Shown one piece after another: positions 32,101-42,638 of a stretch of DNA of 64,000 nt. A program made the translations under genes and the position numbers. The notes under the pieces are model-generated. The model was given only the letters and a program-made list of their open reading frames with translations, was not told the origin of the DNA and did no database searches. The number at the start of each line of letters is the position of its first letter. Positions within the stretch are counted from its first letter, which is position 1. The stretch lies in assembly GCA_000002435.2 (NCBI GenBank), contig CM018793.1; one strand, 5' to 3'. The stretch comes from Giardia intestinalis. Lineage: Eukaryota.

Positions 32101-35100
32101 TATCAAGAGATACACCTATAATGGCAACCAAGAGAAGTGCTATACATAGTTAGTGACCAATTCCCTTAGACAGGAAGCGGCAGATTATATGGCAGAAGAG
32201 AAGTGTTGTTACTGTCGGCCGATCAAGCATTCTAAGACATCGAAGCTGTGACGATGCATCTACCAGTGAGCTCCATCGTGCATTCTGAATGGCACGTTGC
32301 CCAACTAAGCTAGGGAAGTTCAGGAGATGACTACGCCCTTCTGTCATCGTATGTGCCCTTTGTGAACACATGTTTGACCCAGCATCCTCTGGCACTCAGA
32401 GTAAACCCAAGTGCAAGCAGGGTCAGGCTCATTGAGGCACACCTGCTACGAGTAGCCCCTAGTGTTGGCCAGTCACACCTGAGAGCGTATCTGTCTAGGA
32501 GAGCTCTATGTAGGGCGAGGAAGACCATCCTTCGCTGGTTGGCCGTGACTTGGAGCTCAGAACAGACAGGAAACTGAAGTGGTGGCTGGGCTATTGCTCC
32601 GCATCGTCTGTGCAGCCATGGCCAGGTCAGCCAGAAGGATGCCTCGATGTGCACATGATTGGCTTGTGTCTGAATACTAAAAAAACTTGAGGCAGCCACC
32701 GCGCCCGCCACCCCCAGGACAGAGCTTCTGCACGTATGGCTAGCTCCCCTTGTCAGTTCAGTCTATTGGTCCAATAGTCTGGGAACCCTCTGCCCCGCTC
32801 TCTGGCGTACGATGTATCGCAACTGCTCATAGGGGTAAGCAGCATGAAAGAGGAATTGCATGTGTAGACAGCGTGTTATGCCCGTCTCAGAGGACCGAGG
32901 TGTCTAACTACAGAGCGCTGCACCGAGCCATGCGCCCCACTGCCTTGCACTGGGGGCTGCCTCCACCACTGCACTTGCTACAACGGAGCTGTGTTGGCCC
33001 AGCAGATTAAGTAGATACTGCATCGACCCTATTTGACGATGTGTACACATCGCGTGATGTCCAATGGTGGAGCGGACACCGTGTGCCAAGGTGTCTGCTA
33101 TTAACGAAAAACAGCACTTGGTTGCACCAGAGATGCTTCTGTGTAAGCATGGGGTCTTCACACCTGTCCCCTATCAGCTATAGTGCCAGCTGTATATCCA
33201 GAAAGGTCCTGCAGAGCACTCCACCGTCTTTCAAGGTGAGACATGGGCTCCACACCTATAGCTAGAAACAGAACTCTGTACACCAACTGTTGTGACCCTC
33301 GTGTGGTAACTGGCCTGTATCATAATCAACTTACTAAACATCTATACACTTGTCTGGATGCCCGTTGCTGGTTTTAGACGGACCTGCGAAAAGGTTTGCC
33401 TTTGTCCGCATGACCTAGTGGTATCTAGTCTTGGTGACAGGCTTCAAGGAAGGAGGATGTTATTTGGGTACACAGAAGGCTACTCGTGTACAAAGATTCT
33501 CGGGAAGCAAATTTAGACAAAGAAGATGGAGAAAGCCAGGGAGCCCACTCTGTAATAGGATGACTAGGTATAGACCCATTTACAATAGGGAAGCACGTGA
33601 GTCATTCTGGCTTCTAAACATGGAAAGATCGTGGAGTCTGCGGACGACTTGGAGGCTGATTTGATTTTGTGCATTTGTAGCGAGGCAGAGGCTTTTGAAG
33701 ACCCACCTGTTCCGAAGTCGAGGGAGCTCGTTTCCTCTCCGTACGTGGCGCAAGACCCTATTGTAGAGGTATACGGTGCACACCAATATCAGTCAGCGTG
33801 TTTGCTACTCAGCAGTTCCTCAGTTGCGTCTTTTCGCAGTAGACGAGCCACCGGATGAGGCTCCCACAATCCACACGATTAGCTTTATAGTGCTCTGTAG
33901 ATGGCCATCCACCCTCACCAGGGGATGACTACATGCATTACGCAGTTTGAGGTACTTGGCAACCAAGGTGGCATAGTTAGCTCTTGCCCACTCAAGCTAG
34001 ACCTCAACCACCTTGCCAACCACATTCCAAGTCACGGTGTTTGTAGATGTCCACCTCAAGTCTACAAGGTGCATCCCACGACTGCACAGCGCGGATAGAA
34101 CCCTTTACCTGCTATAAGAGGCGCCAACCAGTTTGCTGCATCTGGATATCCCTTGTGCGCCCAACGGAGACTTAATGGATCACATTGCTGTGCACACCAG
34201 CCTCTCTGCTCGCGAGCTGCTTTAAGGCTCTCTCATTGTCTCGCCTCCACATGGTTGTCAGACTACCAAGCACTTTGTAACGTCAGCTGATCACCCGAGA
34301 TATCAAGCTTTCGTACAGCGGGTTGCTCAATGTGACACGAAATCTAGAGGGCACTGACTTTCTTAGCTTGCTGTCCATATAGCACTATCATCAATCTTCA
34401 GTCCAGTTGACCAGCACACAGTCCGTTCTCTGGCCAGCCAACCGGGCCTAGTCTTGCTGGTAGACTTTCGAGCATAAGAGTATCCCCTGACAGCGGTGGC
34501 CACGCTGTGTACATTGCCCGGATGATCACTCTTGGCAATGGCTCCAGGACCTGGGCACCCCAGACCAGAGGGACGACAACGGCCCAGTTCGTCTACGGCT
34601 CCACTATCCCTTAGTTAGCATGGAGTGTGGCAGCCCAGATAGCGCTGGCCGTCCGGTATCACCTTTTCTCCGGTGCGCGGGGGTAGCCCTCGTGTGAGAG
34701 GCGCTGTGATATGTTGGCTGGAGCCGGTCAGGCGAGCGGGACCACCGCTCTAGAAGTGCTGGCACATCATTGCGTGTCCGAAGGCATGCCCACCTCAGTG
34801 GGACCATCCCAGATGAGGACGGACGGGCACCGGTTCCTAGATGGGCCTGCGACCGGCGAGGGACAGTCTTTAAAGACGATCGGCCGGCAGAACCTGCTTC
34901 AGTGGCATAGGAGTCGACAGGGGGCAGGCTTATCGACGGTCTGCGGTGCAACCAGGTTAAGTCGTATGACAGACGGACATCCATCCGTTCGCGGTGGGCA
35001 TGTTGCGTGTCCCTAAGCAGAGGGGGCAGTCGTAGTGAGTCGCGATAGAACACGCAGCCATCCTCCACGGGGCATCGCTCCTGCCGGGCCTCAATGTAGG

Positions 35101-35456
35101 ACCTCGACAAGCAGTGTCTGAGGCATCTGCTTGTGATGACCCGTGGCTCGGGCTGCTGGGGATCGCACGGCCGGCTCCATCGGGTCGCTGGTCAGACATC
35201 CAGGAGAGCCTAGGAGTCCCTTGGCAGACCTTGTGACTGGCACAGCAGGAGAACTGGTCGCCAGGAGACCCTCACATCACAGCGAAGAGCGAGGCAGACC
35301 ACTGTCTAGCAGTTACCATGCGATGCGCCTTGCAACACAGAGGAGGGGCCTGCACTGATCGATCCATCTCACAGCCAGCCAGTCACATGAAAGTCGAATC
35401 AGCACGACCCCACCTCTCAGTGCAGACCATGTAGAGACCCTCCCTGCCAGCGCGTC
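29163..35456. other. About 6.3-kb region without credible protein-coding ORFs (GC-rich 29.24-29.56 kb; AT-rich about 30.7-31.8 kb; moderately GC-rich 31.9-35.4 kb)
   Basis: The six-frame track shows only scattered ORFs of at most 168 aa in mixed frames, against a background where more than 85% of the window is coding. Stop codons are dense in all frames across 30.7-31.8 kb. Confidence 0.6.
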
Positions 35457-35537
35457 ATGCAGCACAGGCAGATGCCACGAAGGGGCGGACTAGTGAACAG
35501 AGCTGTCATGGCCTGTGTGACAGAGCGCCGGGCCATA

Positions 35538-37313
35538 ATGTTCTACGCAGTTTTACTGATCGGCCTTGCGCTTCAGCTGGCGACAGAGGAGTGCACACCT
35601 GTTTCTTCCGGTGGCCCCAACACTTGCAAGGCCTGTGACGCTGTCATCAACGGCAAGAAGTACTGCTCGCAGTGCAATGATACTGGGAATTCTGATTCCA
35701 GTGGCGCCCCGACAGACGGAGTGTGCTCAGCAGACAATAACGAGTGCAGCCAAAAACAAGATGGGAAGTGTACACAGTGCGCTAATAAATCCTTCATGTA
35801 CAAGGGCGGATGCTACAAGGATAGCCAGGCACCTGGCAACACGATGTGTGAAACAGCAACTGATGGAGTGTGCACGCAGGCTAAGGCTGGGTACTTCCTA
35901 CCACCCGATGCTGATAGAGATAATGCACACCAATCGGTCATACCATGTGGAGATGACACAGTAGTAACGCTTGGAAATAGCAAACAGTACAAGGGCGTAC
36001 CGCACTGCACTCAGTGTGAGAAGCCCACAGAGGCAAGTGATACTACTACTGCCAAGGCTGCGACGTGCACGGCTTGTGAGGACGGGTTCTTTGGGGCTAC
36101 TTGTGAAGCATGCCAAGACGAGAATTGCGCTACGTGTGCCATGACAGGCAATAACAAGTGCAGTAAGTGTAAAGGAACTGGTACTAAGACATATCTGAAA
36201 GTGGACGGTGGCAGCACAGGCACGTGCGTCGAAGCATCTGGATGTACAGCTGCTACGTTTCCAAAGGTCGATGAACAACAGGGAAACAAGTGCGCTGCAT
36301 GTAATAGTGTGCCAGATGGTGGAATCGCTAATTGTGCGACGTGCAGTCTGCTCACTCAAGGATCTAGAGCCGCCCCTTTGGTCACATGCTTGACGTGTGA
36401 ACAAAATAAGTATCTCACTCCAGAAAAGAATGCGTGCTTAGATACCTGCCCTGCTGGAATGTATGCCGTTAGTGGCGATAGCGGCAATGTTTGTACCCCC
36501 TGCCACGAGTCGTGCGCAAGCTGTAGCAATGACGCAGCAACGTCGTGCACGGCCTGCTATCCGGGGCATGTGCTGAGTCGGTCGTCTGGTGACGCAGGAA
36601 CGTGCATAAAAGAGTGCACGGGAGACTTTATGGCCCACTGCAAGGCCGACGGCTGCTCACTGAACGTCGGAGGCTCGAAGTACTGCGATCAGTGCGAGGA
36701 GGGGTACGCCCCAGTCGACGGCGTCTGCACATCCATACCTGCAACAGCGAGAGATGCCTCCGGATGTAAGGCAAGTGGCGGGAAATGCACTGAGTGTGGG
36801 GCAAACTACGCTCTGTTATCGGGCGGATGCTACAACACACAGAAGCTTCCTGGTAGCTCTGTGTGTACGGCTGCACAGAATAAGGGACAATGCCAAACGT
36901 GTGCCAATGGACAAAGCCCAGCTGGAGGAAAATGTCCGGCGTGTACTGAAGGATGTGTGAAGTGTGCGGGTAGTAAGGAAACCTGCACAGATTGCTTAGC
37001 AGGGTATTACAAAGGTGCCGGTGATAAATGCTTCAAATGCACGGATAGTGATAAGGCTAGCTCTAATGCAATAACTGGTGTAGAAAACTGCATAAGCTGT
37101 GCCCCGCCAGCTGGTGGCAATGGCCCTGTCACCTGTTACGTAACGCAACAAAAGGCTGACGATGGCACCGGCGGAGATACTGGAGGAGACAGCACGAACA
37201 AGAGCGGCCTCTCCACGGGCGCCATCGCGGGGATCTCCGTCGCTGTGGTCGCTGTCGTGGGGGGCCTCGTGGGCTTCCTCTGCTGGTGGTTCCTCTGCCG
37301 GGGGAAGGCGTGA
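35538..37313 (+). CDS. Variant-specific surface protein (VSP), about 591 aa from the signal-peptide Met
   Basis: N-terminal hydrophobic signal peptide [15 protein letters not shown]; more than 25 CXXC motifs; GGCY motif; C-terminal TM segment plus the invariant [17 protein letters not shown] tail. The conserved 3' motif CTTAGGTAGTGAAT starts at the stop codon. The start is trimmed to the ATG at 35538. Confidence 0.9.
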   Translation: MFYAVLLIGLALQLATEECTPVSSGGPNTCKACDAVINGKKYCSQCNDTGNSDSSGAPTDGVCSADNNECSQKQDGKCTQCANKSFMYKGGCYKDSQAPGNTMCETATDGVCTQAKAGYFLPPDADRDNAHQSVIPCGDDTVVTLGNSKQYKGVPHCTQCEKPTEASDTTTAKAATCTACEDGFFGATCEACQDENCATCAMTGNNKCSKCKGTGTKTYLKVDGGSTGTCVEASGCTAATFPKVDEQQGNKCAACNSVPDGGIANCATCSLLTQGSRAAPLVTCLTCEQNKYLTPEKNACLDTCPAGMYAVSGDSGNVCTPCHESCASCSNDAATSCTACYPGHVLSRSSGDAGTCIKECTGDFMAHCKADGCSLNVGGSKYCDQCEEGYAPVDGVCTSIPATARDASGCKASGGKCTECGANYALLSGGCYNTQKLPGSSVCTAAQNKGQCQTCANGQSPAGGKCPACTEGCVKCAGSKETCTDCLAGYYKGAGDKCFKCTDSDKASSNAITGVENCISCAPPAGGNGPVTCYVTQQKADDGTGGDTGGDSTNKSGLSTGAIAGISVAVVAVVGGLVGFLCWWFLCRGKA

Positions 37314-37327
37314 CTTAGGTAGTGAAT
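37314..37327 (+). promoter_or_regulatory. Conserved VSP 3' end and poly(A) signal (CTTAGGTAGTGAAT)
   Basis: It directly abuts the VSP stop codon. The same TAGGTAGTRAAY core recurs at 37590, at 40296 (minus strand) and at 42942. Confidence 0.6.
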
Positions 37328-37395
37328 GCTGTACAGTGATAGTGATAGTGCTATGTGGTGTGACATGCTCTGTGGGTGACTGCAAGAGCTGTGTG

Positions 37396-37584
37396 ATGGA
37401 TGATGTGTGTGGGGAGTGCAGCGATGGGTTCAGCATAGAGGGTGGCAGGTGTGTGTCTTCTGGCACCAACAGGAGCGGGCTCAGCGCGGATGCCATCGCG
37501 GGGATCTCTGTGGCTGTCGTCGTCGTCGTCGGAGGGCTTGTCGGCTTCCTCTGCTGGTGGTTCGTGTGCAGAGGAAAAGCGTAG
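37396..37584 (+). pseudogene. Truncated VSP 3' fragment (last CXXC module, TM and CRGKA tail), a tandem partial duplicate of a VSP 3' end
   Basis: It encodes ...[76 protein letters not shown]. There is no signal peptide and no in-frame Met upstream except the one at 37396. It is followed by its own CTTAGGTAGTAAAT motif (37590-37603). Confidence 0.55.
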
Positions 37585-38135
37585 ATGTACTTAGGTAGTA
37601 AATACGTCACTGTATAAGCCTATCACTCCTGTTTCCAGGGCCTCGCCTGTAGGTGCATTCAAGGATCTCACGGGCAATTCTTATTCAATTTCTGGCCGTC
37701 CGGAGATGAGGGTTGGTTTTGGATAACATAACGAGAGAGTCCTCTCCAGTGATATATCCAGAGCCTAGCGCCTTCCCCGGTCGCTCCGCAGGGGTGTGCT
37801 CAGACCGAATGCGTACTTCGGTCCTTTCGGGGTTCAGGCCTTCTTACGGACTCTCTGGTCCACCAATGGCGCCTCTTCTTGGTCTTCCTTCGTGGCGGGT
37901 GAAGCTCCGGTCGCTGTCTTTTTTAGATGCCCCGTCTGTCGGGGGCTGCCATCGGGCTCTCCGCTGGCTGGGCCCCTCGGTGTCCGTCCGGCTGTGGTTC
38001 TGGGCAGTGGTCCCACAGTCGCGGTCACGTAGGTCCCAGTGGGCCGGCTGGTGGGTGGGGCGGGGGTATGGGGCGGTGAGGCTGGAGGGGCTCTGGTGGG
38101 ACCAGGTGGTGGGTGTTCGTATGTGCCCCTGAGCT
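37585..38135 (+). repeat. Inverted-repeat arm A (3' flank of VSP 35538..37313 and its tail fragment)
   Basis: The translated ORFs on this arm (37713..38132 +, 37796..38032 +, 37844..38287 -) reappear almost residue-for-residue on the opposite strand at 39626..40274. Direct nucleotide comparison of 37690-37800 with the reverse complement of 40090-40200 gives about 80% identity, rising above 90% over 37863-38075 versus 40024-39799. Confidence 0.8.
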
Positions 38136-39759
38136 CCTGATGAGTGGGGTGATCGCAGCTGTGGTGACTGGGGGCTGTCCATCTGTGACTCACCCCTCTG
38201 TGTGCTCGTGGTCTGTGAGTGCCTCCACCCAGACAACGCCTCAGGAGCCGTGCACACCGGGACAGAGAGGATGACCAAGGGGGTCAAGCAGCCCCGCTAC
38301 GAGAGATGAGAGTGCACAGCAACCAGCCTGATCTGCAGGGCTGCTCGAGCGATGTAGTGGTAGACGGCTCCCTCTGACAGCGACCCTGGTGACTGCACTG
38401 GCCTGCTCTCGAGGCTGAGTGACAGTGTGCACAGATGGACCTGAGTGCAGGAGGACCATCCACACACGAACAGACTGTGTAGACCCAGAGAGGACTGGAG
38501 TCTGCTCGGGACACGCTGACTGTGCCCCCATACGAGAGCACCAGGCAACCACCCGAGCACCCGAGAGGCAACAACAGACACGGGCACCAGAGATCCCCAA
38601 CCAGATACATTGCTACGCTCATCCACAGGGGCATCAGAGGACCAGGTGGGGTCACCCTCACAGTCAGGGCCTGATAGGAAGCCAGAGGACTCACGCAGCA
38701 CAGTAGGTCCAAGGGAGGCACACTCCAGGCAGGTGAGCAGTGGCAGAGCCCTGACAGCTGCCAGCCCCCATGACACCCAGGCAGGCACCAGACTCACCGA
38801 AGACTCCGCTGGCCTCGACTGTCTTCATTGATGACCCGAGGGGGCAGCAGCCAGAGGAGTGAGGAGGCCTTCGGACGCCACAAGAGGCCCGGCTGTCCAG
38901 CAGGCTACGAGGCAGACAGGTGACCTCTGAGCACCACCCAGGCACAGAGCCGACCATCAGAGTGATGCCCGATCACAGAGATGATCACGAGCACCCTCCA
39001 CTGCACTCTGAGGGGCTGTCAATCATCCCAGCTGCCTCTCATAGCAGACCTCCTTGGGGGCAGTGCAGTGGGTCCCAGCTCATGCAGGAGGGTGCACGCC
39101 CCTCGGCATAGGATGCCCCGGCTCTCCCCGAGGGGTCATCAGAGCCACGAGAGGTGTTAAGGTTAGTAGACCACACCGGGAACTCCCGAGGGCACAGCAG
39201 GTGATGTTGGGTGATCCTCAGCGTGCTCCTCTCTGATGGTAGAGCATCCTGAGACCAAGGAGGCTCACCTCTGCCTACGGACGACACACAGCGCTCCACA
39301 ACGAGGACCCACCAGGAGCAGCACAGCTGGTCACGGGGATAGTGCAGCCACCCGGTGCCCCACCGTGTTAGTCTTTTGAGTCATCACACTAGAGGCATGA
39401 GAGAACCCCATCCCATCCACAGGCTCATCCACACCCCTGCTGGCCCGAGGTGAACTACCGTCGAGGCACTGGACAGGGCATGCCAGGGGCTCAGCAGATC
39501 CACACAGAGCATCAGCACAGAGCATCAGCGAGTAGCAGGAGAGGCTGCGATGGCCTGCCTCAACCCTCACGCACCAGCCAGACAGAGAGGCAGTACTGCC
39601 CGAGACAAGGGGCCAAGGGAGGCGCTCAGTCAGGGGGACACGACACGATCGTCGGTGCCTGTGTCTTGGAGTGCAACGAAGGCTGGGGATCAGACACAAC
39701 CACCTTAGCAAACAGAGCGGGGATCACCCACCACCCCACTGGCCCACTAGACCCAGGGA
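38136..39759. other. GC-rich spacer, ORF-free (only Pro/Arg-rich GC-artefact ORFs), between the VSP-flank inverted-repeat arms
   Basis: No ORF has recognisable protein features. Composition is above 60% GC. It contains a small direct duplication acagagcatcagc x2 at about 39503-39530. Confidence 0.5.
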
Positions 39760-40310
39760 CACATACAAGCACCCCCCACCTCAGCCCCCACCAGGAGCCT
39801 ACCAGCCTCACCGCCCCATACCCCCGCCCCACCCACCAGCCGGCCCACTGGGACCTACGTGACCGCGACTGTGGGACCACTGCCCAGAACCACAGCCGGA
39901 CGGACACCGAGGGGCCCAGCCAGCGGAGAGCCCGATGGCAGCCCCCGACAGACGGGGCATCTAAAAAAGACAGCGACCAGAGCTTCACCCACCACGAAGG
40001 AAGACCAAGGAGAGGCGCCACTGGTGGACGATGTACATGGTGAGTAAGCGGAATCCCAGGCCGACTGAGCAAGCATTCCCGGGTGTGCACACTCAGCTGA
40101 GCACACCCCTGCGGAGCGACCAGGGAAGGTGCCAGGTTTTAGATATACTAAAAGAGAGGAGCTCCTCGTTATATCATCCACAACCAACCTTTGTCTCCGG
40201 ACACGGCCAAAGGAGCGAGAATTTATTCGTGAGATTTCTGGATCGTACCTACAAGCACCCGGTAGCACATCCATATAAGCTACATAAAGTAACGCGTTTA
40301 CTACCTAAGT
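39760..40310 (-). repeat. Inverted-repeat arm B (3' flank of VSP 40311..42638)
   Basis: Reverse-complement counterpart of arm A. It includes the VSP 3' motif (GTTTACTACCTAAG, 40296-40309 on the plus strand, reading CTTAGGTAGTAAAC on the minus strand) and the downstream block tggccgtgtccggagacaaaggttgg...ggtcgctccgcaggggtgtgctcag. Confidence 0.8.
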
Positions 40311-42638
40311 CTACGCCTTCCCCCTGCAGAGGAACCACCAGCAGAGGAAGCCCACGAGACCCCCCACAACGACGATGACTGCGACGGAGATCCCCGCGAT
40401 GGCGCCAGTGGAGAGCCCGCTCTTGTTCGTGCTACCACCGGCACTGTCACCGTTCATGAGGTAGCAGAGAACGGAGCCAGTACTAGACGATGGAGGAGCG
40501 CAGCTCATGCAGCCAGCAACTCCCTTGACACTTCCACTGTTGCTGTCACACGAAGTGCATGGTCCAGCTGCTGATCCGACCATATAGTACCCAGCTGCGC
40601 ATGACGTACACTGGTCAGAGCTATCTGCAGCTGAACATGTATTACAGGTTGAATGACACGAGGGGCATGCTCCATCATTGGGCCGAAGACTATTAGCACA
40701 TGTTTCGCACTTACCCCTGCTATCAGCTAATGTGCATATCTGTTTGCCTGGCTGCTTGGTAGTTTCATAGCAGCCGCCTTCCTTGAGGAAGTAGTTAGCG
40801 GCGCATTTGATACATGCTCCATTATTCATTTCAGTACAGAAAGCTACTCGTGCGTTACTTGTTGTACAGACCCCGTTCAGAGGAGCCTGATTATCCACTG
40901 AGCACTGGGAGCAGTAGTCTGTCCCGCCGATCCTTGCCCCACAGACCTTACATCCGTTCTTGTCCGCCGTACACGCATCCCCGCAGGTGCCCCCTTGCAC
41001 AGGATCACTACTTTTGTATATTAATGCCTTGCCAGCAGGACAAGCACTACACTGATTGTTGGCTGGCCCAACGCACTCAGCGCACTCAGGGCTGCATGCC
41101 TTACACTTCCTGTCAGTATCTCCATAGTATCCGCTGATGGTCGTGCAGTCAGGTATGCACTGGTTTGTTGGAGTGAGATAATTGTTGTCATTACATTCAG
41201 TGCAGACCTCTCTGTCAGTCTTCGGGTTATCACAGGCCTTGCAGTTGGGAGTATTGCAGGCCCCTGCCTTCGGAACACACGTGAGCCCGTCCTCTGACGG
41301 CTGGTACGTCTCCGTGCACGTGCAGATTCCTCCTGCCTCGTTTGCGTTATCGGGGCACTTCGCTATGCAGCCCTTTCCGTTCGGCTGGACCTTCTGTCCG
41401 ACCGTCGCACAGCCCGTGCATGTCTGCTCGCCCCCAGGAGGCGTTGCGCACGTGCTACAGCCGGGTATCGGTGGGTCACAGGCCGTTTTCAGGACACACG
41501 TGAGCCCGTCCTCTGACGGCTGGTACGTCTCCGTGCACGTGCAGATTCCTCCTGCCTCGTTTGCGTTATCGGGGCACTTCGCTATGCAGCCCTTTCCGTT
41601 CGGCTGGACCTTCTGTCCGACCGTCGCACAGCCCGTGCATGTCTGCTCGCCCCCAGGAGGCGTTGCGCACGTGCTACAGCCGGGTATCGGTGGGTCACAG
41701 GCCGTTTTCAGGACACACGTGAGCCCGTCCTCTGACGGCTGGTACGTCTCCGTGCACGTGCAGATTCCTCCTGCCTCGTTTGCGTTATCGGGGCACTTCG
41801 CTATGCAGCCCTTTCCGTTCGGCTGGACCTTCTGTCCGACCGTCGCACAGCCCGTGCATGTCTGCTCGCCCCCAGGAGGCGTTGCGCACGTGCTACAGCC
41901 GGGTATCGGTGGGTCACAGGCCGTTTTCAGGACACACGTGAGCCCGTCCTCTGACGGCTGGTACGTCTCCGTGCACGTGCAGATTCCTCCTGCCTCGTTT
42001 GCGTTATCGGGGCACTTCGCTATGCAGCCCTTTCCGTTCGGCTGGACCTTCTGTCCGACCGTCGCACAGCCCGTGCATGTCTGCTCGCCCCCAGGAGGCG
42101 TTGCGCACGTGCTACAGCCGGGTATCGGTGGGTCACAGGCCGTTTTCAGGACACACGTGAGCCCGTCCTCTGACGGCTGGTACGTCTCCGTGCACGTGCA
42201 GATTCCTCCTGCCTCGTTTGCGTTATCGGGGCACTTCGCTATGCAGCCCTTTCCGTTCGGCTGGACCTTCTGTCCGACCGTCGCACAGCCCGTGCATGTC
42301 TGCTCGCCCCCAGGAGGCGTTGCGCACGTGCTACAGCCGGGTATCGGTGGGTCACAGGCCGTTTTCAGGACACACGTGAGCCCGTCCTCTGACGGCTGGT
42401 ACGTCTCCGTGCACGTGCAGATTCCTCCTGCCTCGTTTGCGTTATCGGGGCACTTCGCTATGCAGCCCTTTCCGTTCGGCTGGACCTTCTGTCCGACCGT
42501 CGCACAGCCCGTGCATGTCTGCTCGCCCCCAGGAGGCGTTGCGCACGTGCTACAGCCGGGTATCGGTGGGTCACAGGCCGTTTTCGGGCCGATTCCTGCT
42601 AGAACCGTTGTGCACACTAAAAGAATTACTGCCAACAT
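40311..42638 (-). CDS. Variant-specific surface protein (VSP, 775 aa) containing six identical 73-aa tandem repeats
   Basis: Signal peptide MLAVILLVCTTVLAGIG; a six-fold repeat KTACDPPIPGCSTCATPPGGEQTCTGCATVGQKVQPNGKGCIAKCPDNANEAGGICTCTETYQPSEDGLTCVL; then canonical CXXC-rich VSP body, GGCY motif, TM segment and [12 protein letters not shown] tail. Confidence 0.9.
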   Translation of the reverse strand: MLAVILLVCTTVLAGIGPKTACDPPIPGCSTCATPPGGEQTCTGCATVGQKVQPNGKGCIAKCPDNANEAGGICTCTETYQPSEDGLTCVLKTACDPPIPGCSTCATPPGGEQTCTGCATVGQKVQPNGKGCIAKCPDNANEAGGICTCTETYQPSEDGLTCVLKTACDPPIPGCSTCATPPGGEQTCTGCATVGQKVQPNGKGCIAKCPDNANEAGGICTCTETYQPSEDGLTCVLKTACDPPIPGCSTCATPPGGEQTCTGCATVGQKVQPNGKGCIAKCPDNANEAGGICTCTETYQPSEDGLTCVLKTACDPPIPGCSTCATPPGGEQTCTGCATVGQKVQPNGKGCIAKCPDNANEAGGICTCTETYQPSEDGLTCVLKTACDPPIPGCSTCATPPGGEQTCTGCATVGQKVQPNGKGCIAKCPDNANEAGGICTCTETYQPSEDGLTCVPKAGACNTPNCKACDNPKTDREVCTECNDNNYLTPTNQCIPDCTTISGYYGDTDRKCKACSPECAECVGPANNQCSACPAGKALIYKSSDPVQGGTCGDACTADKNGCKVCGARIGGTDYCSQCSVDNQAPLNGVCTTSNARVAFCTEMNNGACIKCAANYFLKEGGCYETTKQPGKQICTLADSRGKCETCANSLRPNDGACPSCHSTCNTCSAADSSDQCTSCAAGYYMVGSAAGPCTSCDSNSGSVKGVAGCMSCAPPSSSTGSVLCYLMNGDSAGGSTNKSGLSTGAIAGISVAVIVVVGGLVGFLCWWFLCRGKA
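41271..42584. repeat. Six 219-bp tandem repeats, nucleotide-identical where compared, inside the VSP coding sequence
   Basis: The string gtgagcccgtcctctgacggctggtacgtctccgtgcacgtgcag recurs at 41281, 41500, 41719, 41938, 42157 and 42376 with identical intervening sequence. Only the outermost junctions differ. Confidence 0.9.

Noticed and set aside
31900-35450. Possibility that the GC-rich part of the gene desert is rDNA.
   Set aside because: Giardia rDNA is about 75% GC with recognisable conserved rRNA cores. This region is about 58% GC and I see none of the universally conserved SSU or LSU sequence blocks.
39503-39530. A short direct duplication acagagcatcagc x2 in the inverted-repeat spacer.
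   Set aside because: Two 13-nt copies are within chance or slippage expectation. It is not evidence of a microsatellite or array.
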